Below are positions 51,006-62,300 of a DNA stretch of 64,000 nt, in pieces. Within the stretch, counting starts at the first letter, position 1. Every line of letters begins with the position of its first letter. Below the pieces are notes generated by a model, which was not told the origin of the DNA, made no database searches, and saw nothing but the letters and a program-made list of their open reading frames with translations. Position numbers and translations under genes: made by a program. Source of the DNA: a virus (Duplodnaviria; Caudoviricetes); the IMG/VR virus record IMGVR_UViG_3300020227_000045, positions 10,496 through 74,495 of that record; one strand, 5' to 3'.

Positions 51006-51597
51006 AAGAGATATACAAGAACTAGGTGGTATGAAGCATGTTGCGAAGAATAACTATGGTCGTAATATGTGGAGAATCATGGATAAGTTCCAAGTACTAC
51101 CTACAGATGAAAGATTCCAAAATCTATCCCCTGACCAAATAGAGTACATATTTGCTAATATGGAAATGGACATGAAAGAACAACAAAGAATGGCTAAAGG
51201 ACTTAAAAACACAGTTGAAGATGATGATGATTCATGGTGGAGTGAAGACTCTGAAACGTTTGACCCATTACGTGAAGACCATGATGAAGATGATTTAGCT
51301 AAACAGGTAGATGCTTTACTTTCTGAAACAGAAAGACGTAAGAAAGCAGAACGTATTAAAGCTGATGATTACTCAGAAGAAGAACAAGAAATGATTAAAC
51401 AAAACCATCAAGATGAAGTTAGAGATTATATTAATAAACAACTCGAAGAACTTGATGATGAAGTAAGCAATGGAAAAACTAAAGAAGAAAAACCTTCTAC
51501 AACAATTCCAGAAGATATGACTAAAGATGATTTAGAAAGTGCAATAAGCTTATTCAATGGTACAGAAGAAGAAACAGATGATTTCTTCGATATTTAA
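50968..51597 (+). CDS. tail assembly chaperone, downstream (T-like) part
   Basis: overlaps the previous ORF in the +1 frame; RNMWRIMDKFQVLPTDERFQNLS. Confidence 0.65.
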   Translation: MIGWTFNQPFVTRRDIQELGGMKHVAKNNYGRNMWRIMDKFQVLPTDERFQNLSPDQIEYIFANMEMDMKEQQRMAKGLKNTVEDDDDSWWSEDSETFDPLREDHDEDDLAKQVDALLSETERRKKAERIKADDYSEEEQEMIKQNHQDEVRDYINKQLEELDDEVSNGKTKEEKPSTTIPEDMTKDDLESAISLFNGTEEETDDFFDI

Positions 51598-51651
51598 AGG
51601 TGGTGGTTAAAATCCACTACCTTATTTTTTTAGAAAAGTGGTGGTATACAA

Positions 51652-54600
51652 ATGGCAATGAATGAAACTTATAATTTAACCATAAATGGTGATGGTTCCA
51701 AGTTAAATAAGGAACTGGAGACAATACTTACAAATTTAAAATCTATTGAAAATCAAAATATGTCCAAGCCTTTAAAAGACTATGAACAAAAGATTAGAAA
51801 AGCTGTAGATTTAAATAAAGAATTACAAAAGATAATGAATAAAAACCAAGGTAATACAATTGTATCTTCTAAAGATATGAATAGTTCATTAAAGATAACA
51901 CAAGAAATGACTAAACATATGAAAGACTTACAAGGTGTATTACAAGATGTTCAGAAGACTGGATTATCTAAAGGTATTAAAGCTGATTATGATATGTTGC
52001 ATCAAACATTAAATGGTTTGAATGGAACAATGAGTCAAACAATTAAACAACAAAAAGAGTTTAATGGTTTAAAAACAACAAGAGACCCTAACGTTCAAGC
52101 AATGATTAAAGATTGGGAACGTTTAGGTAAAATGCCTAAAGAATACGAAAAGTCTGTGAAAAATATAGACAAAACAAAAGAAGCTAACAAGACTTTAAAT
52201 AAACAAAGAAACAGAATTACATCTGCAAATGAAAGAGAACGTAGAGATGGTAGATATTCTGCTAGAGATGGTTCGGAAGTATCTAAAGCTTTAAACCAAG
52301 ATTACGACCAATATAGAAATGAGCTTAAGAAAGCTAAAGCTTCTTTAAAAGAGCTAAGAAAAAAACAAGATGATATTGCTAAAAACCAAGAGAAAGCAAA
52401 TACAGATTATTCAAGTAATAAAATCGGGAAAGATGAACATAGAGAACAAACAGCTTATAACTCTACCTTATCAAGTCAATATGATAAAGAGATTAAAGAG
52501 AGAGAAAAATATGTCTCTAACTTAAAAAGCATGACTAATGATTTAGGTAAAACGGGTGCAACAAGACAACAATTTGAACAAGGGAGAGTAGCTAGAAGTC
52601 GAGATACATTCTTAGGTACTGCTTTAGAACGAGCACCATCCATTGCATCTCACGCAACTATGGGAGTAGGTGGAGCATTAGGTTTACAATATGCTCAAGG
52701 TAAAAGCTCTCTAGAAGGTATTAGAGGAGAAGAAATAGCATTAGGACAACAAACAGGTGCAAGTGATTATTCTTCTTTAAGAAAAAACTTATTCCAAGCA
52801 TCTGATGATAGAGGTTTAGGATTTTCACCTTCAGAACTCGTTAAAATGTCTTCACAAGCTATGCAAGCAATTGGAGATAAAGGATTACCTAATCAACAAG
52901 AAATCACAACAGAACTAGCTACAGGAGCTAGAGGTATGGGTGTAGCTGACACAGAATCTTACTTGAAATCTATGACAGATATTATGCACAGTGGTGGAAT
53001 TGATGATGACGTAGATTTAAAACAATTCCAAAAAACAGTATCTGGTGGTATTAAAGAATCAGGTATGAAAGCACAAGCAGATGAACAATTAAAAGCTTTA
53101 TCTTCTATGTCTAATACAATAGGAGCTCAACGTGAACTTTCAACTGCTGATTTAAATTCTATTGCTAGCTTACAAGGTACTTTTGCAGAATCAGGAAATA
53201 AAGCATTACAAGGTGAAAAAGGTGCAAATGCTTTAACTCAAATACAACAAGGTCTTTCTAATGCTTATCAAGACCCTGGAATGAGGAATATCATGGGGTT
53301 CGGTTCTGAATACACAGGTGTTACAGGAGCATGGCAACAAAGAAGAGATTTAGGAGACCCTAGTAAATTAGGGGAGAATTTAAGTCAATTCATGGGATTC
53401 TATGGTACAGCAACACCTGAACAAGAAGCTGCTACAGGTATGGGTCTTATGGATAATTTTGGACTTAGTGGTCAACAAGCCGAAGAAATCATGAAGTTGT
53501 ATGATAAAGGTGAATTATCTGAGGAAGAACTAGGTAAGAAAGTGAAAGAGTACCAAGATTCTAGTGAAATAGATAAAAACAACAAAGACCAATCAGAACA
53601 ACAACAAGGTAAAGATAACCGAAACCAAGCTAGACAAGAATCACAATCACAAGCTTTATACGAATCAACAGGAGCTTTAAGAAACTTCCAAGGTATGTTA
53701 GCTGGATTAAACCCAGTATTTTATCAAATAATGGTTGCTGGGGAAGCACTGGTAGCTAGTATGGCTTCATCTGCTGCAATGATGGGTGGAGCTTACGGAA
53801 TGAAACGAGCAGGAGGAGCAGCAAATAGAAGAGGCTCTACTATGACACGTCAAAGAGCAGACAAAAATAACAAATCAGGAAAAGGAACAAACTTAGGTGG
53901 AACACCTAGAGGAAAAAAACGAGCAGGTGGAAAATCTAATGAAAAAAGCTCAGGTTATAGTGGTATTGTAGATGACGGAATGATGTCTGGAATGATGATG
54001 GGTGGAATGATGGGAAGCCCATTCGGAGGTGGAGACACTCAAGAAGGTGGAAAACGTAAAGGTATGTTAGGTAAAATCGGTCAAGCAGGAGGACGAATGG
54101 CTCGATTTGGTATGATGCCTATGATGATGGGTTCTATGATGAGTGGCGGACAAACCGATGAAGAAGGAAATCCTACAGGAGGTTCACCTATGGGTTCTAT
54201 GGCTACTATGATGATGCAAATGATGGCTATGGAAGCTCTTATGAATGGTGGAATAGGTAAACTAGGAAACCTAGGTAAAAAAGGATTTGAAAAAGGTAAA
54301 GGTATCTACGGTAAAGGTAAAGATACTTATAAAAAAGGTGGAGCTAAACGACTAGGTAAAAAAGCTGGAATTAAATTCCTTAAAGGAGATAGAGCTTTAA
54401 GAGGATTCCCTAATATGGCTAAAGGTAAACTAAGTGATTTAGCTAAGTCTGAAAAAGTGTCTAAAACTGAATCTATACTAGGTAAAGGTTTTGATAAATC
54501 TAAAGGATTTGCCCAAAAAGGATTTGGAAAGCTATCTAGTTTTGGTGGACAATCACCTACAGGTAACATGAGTAAAACTTTAAATAAAGGTTCAGGTATG

Positions 54601-55995
54601 TTAGGAAAACTAGGAAAAGTAGGTAAGTTCGGTAAAGGTATTCCATTAGTTGGTGGAGCACTAGGAGCACTAGGTATCGGAAGCTCATTAGCAGAAGGAG
54701 ATATGAAAGGTGCTAGTGGTGGTGTTGGAGCGACAGCAGGAGCTACTATAGGAGGAACTCTAGGTTCTATAGTACCTGGAATAGGTACAGCTATTGGAGC
54801 TACAGCAGGAGGACTTCTAGGTGGTTCTGTAGGAGAACATGCTTATGATACTTCTAAGAAAAATGATAAAGCACTTAAAGAAGGTAATGTCTTTGGTGAA
54901 GGTGGACTTATAGACTTTAGTTGGGGTAATGGAGATAAAGATGGTAAAGGTGGTTTCGGAGATTCTATTGTAGGAAAACCTGTTATGGGAGCTATTAATG
55001 GAGTCAAGTCACTCTTTGGCGGAGGAGATAAAGCCAAAGGTGGTGGCGGTGGAGGACAAGATTCCACTGGAATTGCAGGAGCTTACGATAGTACTGAAAA
55101 TTTAGGAGGTCAAGAAAATAGTGTTAAAGGCTCAGATAATAAGAAGAAAAAAATGACTGCTGAAGAACTAAGACAGAAAAATAATAAATCTGAATCTGAA
55201 AATTTAAACATGTTCAAAAACCTACTAACTCGCTGGGAACAATCTATCCAAGAAGCCAAAGGTTTAGATACAGGTGGGGGAGATAGCGATTCAGGAGACT
55301 CAGGTGGTAGTGCATCAGATGTTGGAGGTAGCGGTTCTAAGAAAATATATAGTTTCTTAAAATCTAAAGGACTATCTGATAACCAAGTAGGTGCTATTAT
55401 GGGTAACCTAAAACAAGAATCTAATCTTGACCCTAATGCTAAAAACCCTTCTAGCGGAGCTTTTGGTATAGCTCAATGGTTAGGTGCTAGAAAAACAGGA
55501 CTAGATAATTTTGCTAAATCTAAAGGAAAAAAATCAAGTGATTTAGATGTTCAATTAGATTATCTATGGAAAGAAATGCAATCAGATTATGAAAGTAATA
55601 ATCTTAAAAATGCTGGATGGAGTAAAAATGCTAGTCTTGAGAAAAATACTCAAGCATTTGCTACAGGATTTGAACGTATGGGTGTAAATGAAGCTATGAT
55701 GGGTACTCGAGTTAACAATGCTAAAGCCTTTAAGAAAAAATACGGAGGAGGTGGAGGTGGTAAAGATTGGACATCTGAACCATCTTACACAAACCGCTCT
55801 ATGGCTACATTACAAAACCAGCAAGCAACAATGACTCAACCATCTTCAAGTAATACTGCTAACGTATCAGTAAGTATTAATATTACTGGTGGAGATAGTC
55901 CAACAGAAACAGCACAAGCTGTTAGAGATAGATTAGATAGTTACTTTGATTCAAGTGATTTTGATATTTTCCAAAATAACTATCGAAGAACATAG
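51652..55995 (+). CDS. tape measure protein with C-terminal phage tail lysozyme domain
   Basis: 1447 aa helical/Gly-rich; IYSFLKSKGLSDNQVGAIMGNLKQESNLDP...GAFGIAQWLG. Confidence 0.92.
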   Translation: MAMNETYNLTINGDGSKLNKELETILTNLKSIENQNMSKPLKDYEQKIRKAVDLNKELQKIMNKNQGNTIVSSKDMNSSLKITQEMTKHMKDLQGVLQDVQKTGLSKGIKADYDMLHQTLNGLNGTMSQTIKQQKEFNGLKTTRDPNVQAMIKDWERLGKMPKEYEKSVKNIDKTKEANKTLNKQRNRITSANERERRDGRYSARDGSEVSKALNQDYDQYRNELKKAKASLKELRKKQDDIAKNQEKANTDYSSNKIGKDEHREQTAYNSTLSSQYDKEIKEREKYVSNLKSMTNDLGKTGATRQQFEQGRVARSRDTFLGTALERAPSIASHATMGVGGALGLQYAQGKSSLEGIRGEEIALGQQTGASDYSSLRKNLFQASDDRGLGFSPSELVKMSSQAMQAIGDKGLPNQQEITTELATGARGMGVADTESYLKSMTDIMHSGGIDDDVDLKQFQKTVSGGIKESGMKAQADEQLKALSSMSNTIGAQRELSTADLNSIASLQGTFAESGNKALQGEKGANALTQIQQGLSNAYQDPGMRNIMGFGSEYTGVTGAWQQRRDLGDPSKLGENLSQFMGFYGTATPEQEAATGMGLMDNFGLSGQQAEEIMKLYDKGELSEEELGKKVKEYQDSSEIDKNNKDQSEQQQGKDNRNQARQESQSQALYESTGALRNFQGMLAGLNPVFYQIMVAGEALVASMASSAAMMGGAYGMKRAGGAANRRGSTMTRQRADKNNKSGKGTNLGGTPRGKKRAGGKSNEKSSGYSGIVDDGMMSGMMMGGMMGSPFGGGDTQEGGKRKGMLGKIGQAGGRMARFGMMPMMMGSMMSGGQTDEEGNPTGGSPMGSMATMMMQMMAMEALMNGGIGKLGNLGKKGFEKGKGIYGKGKDTYKKGGAKRLGKKAGIKFLKGDRALRGFPNMAKGKLSDLAKSEKVSKTESILGKGFDKSKGFAQKGFGKLSSFGGQSPTGNMSKTLNKGSGMLGKLGKVGKFGKGIPLVGGALGALGIGSSLAEGDMKGASGGVGATAGATIGGTLGSIVPGIGTAIGATAGGLLGGSVGEHAYDTSKKNDKALKEGNVFGEGGLIDFSWGNGDKDGKGGFGDSIVGKPVMGAINGVKSLFGGGDKAKGGGGGGQDSTGIAGAYDSTENLGGQENSVKGSDNKKKKMTAEELRQKNNKSESENLNMFKNLLTRWEQSIQEAKGLDTGGGDSDSGDSGGSASDVGGSGSKKIYSFLKSKGLSDNQVGAIMGNLKQESNLDPNAKNPSSGAFGIAQWLGARKTGLDNFAKSKGKKSSDLDVQLDYLWKEMQSDYESNNLKNAGWSKNASLEKNTQAFATGFERMGVNEAMMGTRVNNAKAFKKKYGGGGGGKDWTSEPSYTNRSMATLQNQQATMTQPSSSNTANVSVSINITGGDSPTETAQAVRDRLDSYFDSSDFDIFQNNYRRT

Positions 55996-56042
55996 TAGGG
56001 TAAAACCTACTATGTATACATATAAAAAAGGAGTGACACTGA

Positions 56043-58478
56043 TTGACTAAAAGCTATCACGTAAGACGACCAAGATTCAGGGTAGAAGCTATTAATGATA
56101 CTAATGCTATATCCTTTGAATATGAAGCAAGAGCTTCAGCTACTGACAACGAAAAAACAAGTCGTTCTATACAATTTCAAACAAAAAACTCAATGTCTGA
56201 TGATAGTGCAGTATTCCAAATTATTCTTTATGGGGATGTTCAATGGGATAGAGTACTACAAGCAAATGATATTATTAAAATATACGTAATAGAAGATGAA
56301 ACAATTACAGATGGAAAAGAAAGCTTGATACTAAACGGAATGGTAAGTCAAGTATCTACAGTTGGAGAACACTCTAATGATAAAGCAGTATACAGAGTAA
56401 CAGGACAATCATTTTCTAAACCATTCTTAAACTTTGGACTAGGTATTATACAAGAAGTAAGTGCAGTTCTTTCTTCTAGTGTAGGTTGGTTGCCCGATGA
56501 TAAAGAACATGGTATTGAGTTTACTGGTAAAACAGCAAAAGAAGTTATGAACTCAGCTTTAGATAGATTTTTAGAATATATGAAATATGATTATTCAGGT
56601 GAACATGGTAATGTCGATAAAACACTTAAAAGTAACTTTACTAGAAACCTAGCTAGTTGGGAAGAATATGAAAACTTACAAGACCATTCAAACTTAATTA
56701 ATTTTGATGGTAATTTCAAACAGATGTTAGATTTAATTACTTGTAAACCATTTAATGAATTATTCTTTAGAAATGGAGAAGAAGGAAAGTCAGAATTAGT
56801 ATTAAGAAGAACTCCATTTGACCCAAGTGACTGGAGAAATTTAGAAATTGTTTATGAAGAAACTGGAAGATTAATAAATGAAGACTTAGGTAAATCCGAT
56901 GTTGAGTCATACGCAGTATTTAACGTTACAACACCTCAACAAACTAAAGAATTAACTTCTAAAGTATCTTCAAGACCACAAACACATAGAGCTCTAAGAA
57001 ATAGATATGGTTATAAGAAACTAGAAGCAGAATATATGTTCTTACCTATGACTGATTCAGATAGTAACTCTGAAGAAGGGGATAGCCAAGAGAACGATGA
57101 TAAAGGTAATGTTGAAATAACATATGACCAAATATTTAACGAACTTGAAGACTTTGGACAAAAACGTGTTTCTAGAGATAAAGACGGAATTGTCAAGAGA
57201 ATGTCTTCTAAATATAGAGGTTTAGATAAACCTAAAGCTAAGAAACTTGTAGAGAAGTATATTAAAACAAATAGCTTACCTAAAGAATACTTCCAAGAAG
57301 TAACAGGTATAGACCCTAATAGAAAAGTAACTGAAGATGCACTTAAAAAATTCCCTTCAGCAGAAGATGTACAAAGTTTTGTAGAAGGTAAGTTCCCTCA
57401 AAGTAAATTTAAAGAAACTTTTAAAGAAGATAGTGATTATAAGAAATTAACTAAAGCAGTTAAAGAGAAATACCCAATGATAAAGGAAACACATATAGCA
57501 CAATTAACAGCAGACTTCAAGAAGAAAAAAGGTGCTTTAACTTTAGATGACTATAAGAAGTTTACAGATAGAGCTAAACAAAGAGTTCAAAATGCACAAG
57601 AAACGGGAGCAGCAGCAGGGGATAATGCTTTCTCTATATTCTCTAAAAAACTATTTAACTGGTATCATGCAAATCAAAACTTCTCTAATGGTTCATTAAC
57701 AGTAATAGGTAGTGGGGATTATGATTTAGGTAAGAGATTAATCATGCACAACAGACAGAATAATGAACGTTGGGAATATTATATAGAATCTGTTGAACAT
57801 AACTTTGATATGCAACAAGGATATACAACAACTCTAGGAGTAACTAGAGGACTAAGAATGGAACCTAATGATAAGAATGAAAATGGTTCGTCTAACAGAT
57901 TTGCTTTCTTATGGGGTCAAAGTGTAGACTTCTTAGGTGGATACTTAGGAGAGAAAACTTTAACACAACTTAAAGAAGAAGGTGTGGCTTCTAAGAAAAA
58001 ATCTGATGATGGTGATGGTGGAAGTGAACATGGTGGAGGAACACTAGCAGGACTTAAAAAATATAAAGGTAAACTACCAACACCTAAAAACAAAAAAAAT
58101 ACTTCTTGGACAGCACCAGGAAACCCTAACACAGGACAGTGGGCTAGAGAATGTACTTGGTATTGTTATAATAGACGGCATGAATTAGGATTAAGTACAC
58201 CATTTAATGGGGATGCTGCCGAATGGATAGGAACAGCTAAATCAGCTGGAGTTAAAACAGGCAATACACCTAAACAGGGTGCAGTTGCAGTTTGGCAAAG
58301 AGGAGTAAAAGGTGGTTCAGCTCGATACGGTCACGTAGCTTTTGTTGAATCGGTATCAAGTGATGGTAAATCATTCCATGTGTCTGAATACAACTATGAC
58401 ACACCAAAAGGTTATGGTGAGAGAACAATAAAAATGAGTTCACCTGAAGGGAAAAATGCTAAGTTTATTTACGACTAA
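56043..58478 (+). CDS. baseplate hub / tail-associated murein hydrolase with C-terminal CHAP domain
   Basis: 811 aa; RECTWYC...GHVAFVE. Confidence 0.88.
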   Translation: MTKSYHVRRPRFRVEAINDTNAISFEYEARASATDNEKTSRSIQFQTKNSMSDDSAVFQIILYGDVQWDRVLQANDIIKIYVIEDETITDGKESLILNGMVSQVSTVGEHSNDKAVYRVTGQSFSKPFLNFGLGIIQEVSAVLSSSVGWLPDDKEHGIEFTGKTAKEVMNSALDRFLEYMKYDYSGEHGNVDKTLKSNFTRNLASWEEYENLQDHSNLINFDGNFKQMLDLITCKPFNELFFRNGEEGKSELVLRRTPFDPSDWRNLEIVYEETGRLINEDLGKSDVESYAVFNVTTPQQTKELTSKVSSRPQTHRALRNRYGYKKLEAEYMFLPMTDSDSNSEEGDSQENDDKGNVEITYDQIFNELEDFGQKRVSRDKDGIVKRMSSKYRGLDKPKAKKLVEKYIKTNSLPKEYFQEVTGIDPNRKVTEDALKKFPSAEDVQSFVEGKFPQSKFKETFKEDSDYKKLTKAVKEKYPMIKETHIAQLTADFKKKKGALTLDDYKKFTDRAKQRVQNAQETGAAAGDNAFSIFSKKLFNWYHANQNFSNGSLTVIGSGDYDLGKRLIMHNRQNNERWEYYIESVEHNFDMQQGYTTTLGVTRGLRMEPNDKNENGSSNRFAFLWGQSVDFLGGYLGEKTLTQLKEEGVASKKKSDDGDGGSEHGGGTLAGLKKYKGKLPTPKNKKNTSWTAPGNPNTGQWARECTWYCYNRRHELGLSTPFNGDAAEWIGTAKSAGVKTGNTPKQGAVAVWQRGVKGGSARYGHVAFVESVSSDGKSFHVSEYNYDTPKGYGERTIKMSSPEGKNAKFIYD

Positions 58479-59394
58479 GGAGGTTATATTTTTGGACACA
58501 GATATTAATAAAATAGTAGAGATGTATATTAAAAATATATATGAATATGAAAAAGATTTTGATGGAGACACAATATTTGATAAACAAAAAGAGTTAGAAC
58601 AAATAGCAGAAACAGATACAGTAGATTCAGCCTCACATTTAAGACCTTATTCCAATGTAATTCAACAAATGATAATAACAAATTCTAACTATGATATAAA
58701 AGAAATAAGAACAGGTTTATATGAAGTGAATATTAAGGTAAGAACCTTAACACATACTTATGATGGTAAGAAGGCCGAATCAGAACATACTGAACAAATA
58801 AAAGTAGAAAAAACACTTAAATCAAGTTATTTTATAAGTTCTTTATCTTCAGATATACAACAAATATATGCTACTTATATGGATTATGAAGACCTAGAAC
58901 CTGAACTTAGAAAGTCAGAACAAGCTTATTATGAATATATGATAGGTAATGTTAACTTAGATAATATTTATTATATGTATAAAGGTTATCCGTTTCAGAA
59001 TCCATTAGTAACTGATGATAAACAACTTCCTTGTGATTCCTACAACTTTATTTATTGGTTATATTATAATGTAGATGTAGAATTAGAATATCCATTAAGA
59101 AGTGTTGATGTCTTGACAGGAGATAATTTTAATACTATACTAGAAAAAGGTCATAAATACAAAGATGATATTTCAAAAATTAATGAAGGAGATTTAATAT
59201 TCTTTGGTATTAATGATGATAATGTAGGTATTTATATGGGAGATGGAGAAGTAGCAACTATTATAGGTTACTTCCCTATAGACGAATCTGGAAGAGTGAG
59301 AACTTATAAGTTAGAAGAACTTTGGGAAGCTTTTAACGGAAGAGTTATGAGGTATAAAGACCCTATATTTGATTTTTATGTGGAGGGTAAATAG
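58456..59394 (+). CDS. tail protein with NlpC/P60-like domain
   Basis: LPCDSYNF...GDLIFFG...NVGIYMGDG; the likely start is the TTG at ~58492 after AAGGAGG. Confidence 0.75.
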   Translation: MLSLFTTKEVIFLDTDINKIVEMYIKNIYEYEKDFDGDTIFDKQKELEQIAETDTVDSASHLRPYSNVIQQMIITNSNYDIKEIRTGLYEVNIKVRTLTHTYDGKKAESEHTEQIKVEKTLKSSYFISSLSSDIQQIYATYMDYEDLEPELRKSEQAYYEYMIGNVNLDNIYYMYKGYPFQNPLVTDDKQLPCDSYNFIYWLYYNVDVELEYPLRSVDVLTGDNFNTILEKGHKYKDDISKINEGDLIFFGINDDNVGIYMGDGEVATIIGYFPIDESGRVRTYKLEELWEAFNGRVMRYKDPIFDFYVEGK

Positions 59395-62300
59395 ATGGCT
59401 ATGCAAATGCAATCTTCTTTAGGTAGTAACTTAAAGAAAACAGATTCAGATGATTTTAAGATTAATAATTTAACTTATGGTACAATAACGAAAGTTAATT
59501 ATCAATATAGTACTGTAGAAGTAAGAACAAGTAGAACATATGCAGGAAGAGTAAATGGTACAGATGGACAATATTCTATACCATTTCCAAGAGGATTTAC
59601 AGGTAGAACACCAGAAGGAAGACCTTTTGGTTCTACACCATTAATTATTCCAGGTATGTTAGTTTTATTAGGATTTATAGAAGGTGAAAGTGGAAACCCT
59701 ATTGTCTTATCTATTTATTCTAATCCTGAAGATAGTAAGATGTTAACACCTAACCCATTAGAAAGTGGGGACATTAGAAACGATGATATTTATACTTATG
59801 GTAGTATGATGTTTTCTATATACCCTTCTTTAAATTATTCATTCCAAAATGGTAACGGTACAATTGTTAGAAGTTTAAATGGTAACTCATTCTTATCAAT
59901 AACATCTGAAGATGATGAAAAACCAATGGCAACTGATTTTGGTATAGGTACAGAATATGAAGACTTAATGTCTTCTAAATATGGTAATGGTGAAATCATT
60001 GAGTCTAGAAACCAAAGAGCACCTGACATGTTATTTAAACATCAAGGAGATTTAAATACAAATAATCATATTACAATGTTACAGCTAACAGAACAAGGTA
60101 CGCTTAGGTTCTCTGTACTTAATACTGAAACGAATAGTAGAACTTCTTGGGAGATAGATGACCAAGGAAACCAACGTACCTTATCCCAGAAAGATGATTT
60201 AATACTTGATAATGGACAAGATTATGTAGAGTATGGTATAGATAAAGAACATAATGATTTCTATATTAAAAACGGTAATCATGATTTAAGATTTACTGAC
60301 CAAGGATTACTTTTAGATGGTAAACCTATGATAGATGATATAGGTAATCAAATAGATGAACAGTTAGCTAAAGTAAAAGAAATACAAGAATCTTTAAAAG
60401 GTGTGAATGACCTTTTAGAAGGTGCAGGTAAGCAAAACCTACTAGATGTTATAGATGCTTCTGAGAGGTCTGAACAACGTTCTAAAAGTGCTTTAGAACA
60501 AGTTACAGGACTTAATACTCAAGTTCAACAAGTATCTTCAAGAGTAGAAGGAAATATTACTAACTTAAATAATTTCATGAGTAATATTAATGAGTATGTA
60601 CAAACAAATGATGAAATTATTCGAGAGTTGGTAACATTTAAAAATGATTTGAATGTAGATAGTATTCCAGAGATTAAACAAACAGAAGAGAAATACAGAC
60701 AAACAACATTTAGAGATATTAAGATACATGCAGATTTACCTTTTAAGTTTAAAGATTATGATAGTATTATAACATCTGAAAAATTATCTTATTTATTTCC
60801 ACAAGGATTAGCAATTCATAATGGTTATACGTATATTATACACTCAGCACCAGAATCAGGAAGTAAAAGACTTATTGTTGTATATGATGAATTCTTTAAA
60901 TATGTAAACATGTTCTTTGCAGGAACGACAGGCGGTGAAGGATTACATGTAGAAACAGAAGGCAATAAAACATATCTTTATGCTAGAACAGATAGCTTTA
61001 ACATTGGTAAGTTTGATGTTACAAGTTTAAGAAGTATACAAGAAAGATCTACTATAACACCAATTAAAGAGTTTAATTTAAATGCTTATATGAACTTCTT
61101 CAGAACAAAAGATGGTTGGGGAGTAGAATATTATAACCAAACCAAAGGAGTATACTTGCAAAGAGATACAATTGTATTCTTTAATAAAGACTTTAGTAAA
61201 CGAACAGGTTATTTATGGATAAATCCTTCTAACTCAACATTATGGTCTGAAGATTTATTAAATGGGGTTACGAATAACTCAGCTAAGAAACAAGGTATGA
61301 CTTTAGTTAATAACACAATAGTGCAAACTCTAGGAGGTAACTATAACCCTTCTAGAGATACAGAAATACACACTTATCATTTACAAGGTGTCCAAGAGAT
61401 AAGTCCTAGTGGAGATATTATGAATGATTACACTTATCATCCACAAGAACTAAGAGACTATTTAAGTAAACAAGGAAAAACAGCAGATATTATTGAACAT
61501 GAAGGTGCTTTCTCATACAACAATAGATTATTCAGTATTATTGTATATAAAGGTAGAACAAATGCTAATGCTAATAATCAAGGTGTACTACTTGTAGAGT
61601 ATAAACCTAAGGAAAAAGATTATACATTTAATGCAATAGGTGAACCCTTCTTGGCACCTACAGCTAATTATAATCCTTACAAGACAAATATTGATAACAA
61701 ATTAGTGAATGAATATACAGGAGACTTCATAAATACAATAGAAGAGCTTATCCTTTATATGAAAGATACGTTCCAAGATAATATTGTTTTCTATTCAAGT
61801 AAGATAACAATTAGAGATTTTGGTGGAGGTTCTATTCCAACAGGTTGTAGAGTAGAAGTAGAGAATATGAATAGTTTGACTTACTATGTTAAAATAAAAG
61901 GACTAAGTTATGATTATTTCTATCAAGTAAGTTATAATAGAAGCACAGATACATTAACTAAATATAATCCTAAATATGAATATGCTACGAAAGAAGATAT
62001 TAAAGATTTAAGTAGTACAGTAAACCCTAAAGACTATACAGCAACATTTGTTAGAAATAGTAGTGTTACTGATAGAGGTGTAACATTTAACGAGAATGAA
62101 CCTATCTACAAAGACGGAGGTATAGAAGTATTTAAGTCATTAAATGAGACTTTACAAGTACCTAATAGCGTGTTAAACTTAACTGAAGGAACAATAAGTA
62201 TTCAAGTAGAACCTACAAGTTTATCTAATAATTCACTTATTGATGGTGGAGGTATTTTAATAGAAACTATTAATAGTGGTCAAGTTAAAGCTACAGTAGG

